This document shows, one piece after another, positions 61,231 to 64,000 of a DNA stretch of 64,000 nucleotides. This DNA comes from Heterodontus francisci (lineage: Eukaryota): positions 19,254,792 through 19,318,791 of the forward strand of contig NC_090379.1 of assembly GCF_036365525.1 (NCBI RefSeq). The letters run 5' to 3'. How positions within the stretch are numbered: the first letter of the stretch is position 1; the number at the start of each line of letters is the position of its first letter. A program made the position numbers and the translations under genes. The notes beneath the pieces are model-generated. The model ran no database searches and had not been told where the DNA came from. It saw nothing but the letters and a program-made list of their open reading frames with translations.

Positions 61231-61412
61231 CTTTACTGCTGCAAGGATGGTAGGCCCCACAAAGTTGCCGTTTTCATATCCTTTCACCTGGATCTTCCGG
61301 CCATCCAGTAGCAGCTTGGCGCCCTCATCCACTCCGCTCTGGACCAGGTCACACACACGAGCCTTTGCCTGAGGGGAGACGAGAGGGCCAAGGTCAGAGC
61401 CCGGCTGGTCAC
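61231..61412 (-). CDS. ALDH6A1: ALDH6A1 coding exon
   Basis: Acceptor ctccctaatcccag, donor gtgagc. 182 nt encoding GDQPGSDLGPLVSPQAKARVCDLVQSGVDEGAKLLLDGRKIQVKGYENGNFVGPTILAAVK. Confidence 0.97.
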
Positions 61413-61954
61413 CTGGGATTAGGGAGAAAAAAATTTTACACACACACGGTCAACTAAGCAAACCCCCTTTCCCTTTAAAACGTGGGAGGAATTTAGAGCA
61501 GCCCATCAGACAGGGCTGTAATCAGAGCACATAAACAGCAAGTTCCTCTTCTGTATTCCTCCATCACAAACTCAAATAGAAAGCACTGCTAACACCCCAG
61601 TTAGATCAATAAATAAAAGTTTAATCACCTTAAGTGTGCACAGAAATAATGGATTTAGCCAGCTTGCATACATTTAATAAAATTGCTTCACACAAAAAGA
61701 TCATTTAGTCACACAAGAGAACTTAAACAGCCATTTTGGTTATTCCTGCAATGAGACCAAAAAGGTCAAATGTAGTCTCTTTCAGAGAAAAAAAAATCTC
61801 TGACCAATCATAATAACGGGAGTCACCTTCTGGTGTTCCTTCATTGTCATTGGGTTAAAACCAAGGAACTCCCTACCTAACAGCACTATGGGAGTACCTT
61901 CACCATATGGACTGTGGCGATTCAAGAAAGCCTACTACTTCCTTCTCAAGAACA

Positions 61955-62560
61955 CAACACAAGAACACAAAAAATAGCAGACGACCATATGGCCCAACGA
62001 GCCTCCTCCGCCAGTCAATACAATCATGGCTGATCTTAGGCTTCAATTATCTGCCATATCCCTTGATGCCCTGAGTGACCAAAAATCTGTCTATCCCAGC
62101 CTTAAAATGTATTCTACGATGGAGAATCCACAACCCTCTGAAAGAGAGAATTCCAAAGCTTCACAACCCTTTGAGCAAAGTAATTTATCCTCATCTCAGT
62201 CCTAAATGATCAGCCCCTTATCCTGAGACTATGCCCCATGTTTTAGATTCCCCGACCAGAGGAAACAATCTCTCAATGTCTACCTTATCCAGCCCCTTCA
62301 GAATCTTGTATGTTTCAATGAGATTCTCTTTCATTCTTCTAAACTCGAAAGAATATAGGCCCAAATTACTCAGCCTCTCATCCCAGGGATCAATTTAGTG
62401 AACCTTTTCTCCAATGCAATATATCCTTTCTTAAATGTGGAGACCAAAACTACACACAGTACTCCAGATGTGGTCTCACCAAAGCCCTGTACAATTGTAG
62501 CAAGACTTCTTTATTCCTGTACTCCAATCCCCTTGCAATAAAGGCCAACATGCCATTTGC
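61955..62560 (-). mobile_element. CR1 3' fragment inserted into a LINE-B tail (61820-61950 and 62560-62615)
   Basis: [14 protein letters not shown]. The LINE-B tail ccttctcaag|...|aaggactactcgggatgggcaataaatg is split around it. Confidence 0.8.
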
Positions 62561-62826
62561 AAGGACTACTCGGGATGGGCAATAAATGCCAGCTATGCCC
62601 ATATCCCCACATTCTGGATGGCAGGGGAAGCATGCTTTATAGATAGTCTGAAAAGTCTGTTTCACATGGTTGCTATGCAACTATGCAGGGCAAAAATGAG
62701 GCAGCCAGAACAGCCCACACAGTCCATCCAACTGCCCCTGTATTCCACATCTTGTCTCCAGGGCCACATAGGGTAACTTTTCATCACTTACCTCTTACTT
62801 CCATTGCAATGAAAGTATAATCGCAC

Positions 62827-63016
62827 CTGCACTGACTCTCAGTTTCCTTGCCCTCTCCACCAATTCAGGCAGCCAATTTTTAGCTTCCCCCACTAGGACA
62901 GCGGTAGACAGGGCCATACAACGCTGTCCAGCTGCACCAAAAGCTGCGCCGATGAGCTGATTCAGAGTGTTCTCCTTGTTAGCATCAGGCATCACGACTC
63001 CGTGGTTCTTTGCACC
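62827..63016 (-). CDS. ALDH6A1: ALDH6A1 (methylmalonate-semialdehyde dehydrogenase) coding exon containing the catalytic Cys
   Basis: Acceptor ttccttatag, donor gtgcga. 190 nt encoding [63 protein letters not shown]. Confidence 0.97.
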
Positions 63017-63905
63017 CTATAAGGAATTTACAGATAAAGGAAAAGGTGAAATACAAGTACCTTCCTGTACTCTCCAAATGGCTACATGGCAAACGTCAGG
63101 TTTAAACCACTCCATACTATTGGAGGCAAGAATCTCTATGCTCTTTTTCTGCCCTTCACAGCACTGGCAGAAACTAGCGGGATTAAACGCCAAGTGCACT
63201 AATTAATATTAGAACTAGGAGAAACAGGACTTTCATGCAAAAAACTTCTTCTATACTATCATACGGCGATGGTAAAGGGTTGGTCTCTTGCCATCTGTGG
63301 TTTGGAGTAGGCTTTGCACGTTTTATTAGGAGAAAATTGTTATGTCCTTCCCCAAGCCAAGAGGTGCTGGATCACTTACGCTCAAACAATCACCCATGCT
63401 GCTCGAGTTCGATGCTTGCACAGTTTCTTACGATTCACTCTTCTCTCTCCTTCTCTCCCTCCCTACCCCGCAGGTCCAAATGAACTCTCCAATCATCAGC
63501 CTGAACTCCACTGAAACTCACTCACTGAGGCTAGATTTGATTCAACAGTCTATAGATTAGGGGCATGCGAAGGCATCATGACTACCAGGCCCATTAACAG
63601 CTTTCAATTTAAACAATAACATTTAAAAAAAAAGAAATGAAATAACCCCTCAGCCTCGCAGCTTTCATCTCAAACTAGATACTATGCCAAATAAGGCAGT
63701 GAGATCAGCATCCTTGGCACAAAATTCATAAGAAATGGGTCACATTGGTTGAATAAGGGATGGGCGATTGGTAAAATGTCCAGACTGCACAAATTAAAAA
63801 AAAACACAATCCTATGAAAGGAAAGTTACAACTATTGGGTGGAGGGGTAGGGGAAGAAAAGACAATGACATTAATTTCTATACAATGGGGGTGGAAGGAG
63901 GTGGG

Positions 63906-64000
63906 TAAAGCCTGCTATCCGACCCGAACTTGACGACATGTGTGGGGTGCCGGTGGGGTCGGGTCTATATTCTGTGTCCAGCATTCGGGCTCGGGTTGGG
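63906..64000 (+). mobile_element. Start of a second copy of the hAT-type MITE
   Basis: taaagcctgctatccgacccgaac resembles the left end of 33648-34004. TCGGG repeats present. Confidence 0.7.

Overview
This is eukaryotic vertebrate DNA, most likely from a shark or ray, inferred from the HE1-type V-SINEs, a Deu-domain SINE and the CR1 content. Two host genes converge tail-to-tail. On + are six 3' coding exons of BBOF1/CCDC176 (2461-43788). On - are the last five coding exons of ALDH6A1/MMSDH (63016 down to 53048). All these exons have GT-AG junctions and consistent phases. Most of the remainder is decayed, heavily nested transposable elements: CR1 LINEs with an SGNH-esterase ORF1, a second LINE family with a partner SINE, RTE and L2 fragments, a Penelope-like element (PLE), a Harbinger transposase relic, hAT and Harbinger MITEs, and solo-LTR-like pieces. 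I found no novel protein-coding system. The most interesting signal is a set of short PLE-derived insertions and fold-back palindromes carrying a minimal hammerhead-ribozyme motif, with TSDs and a shared 5' boundary at the start of the ribozyme. Family names come from motifs recalled from memory, not from database searches. TE boundaries are approximate unless a TSD is quoted.
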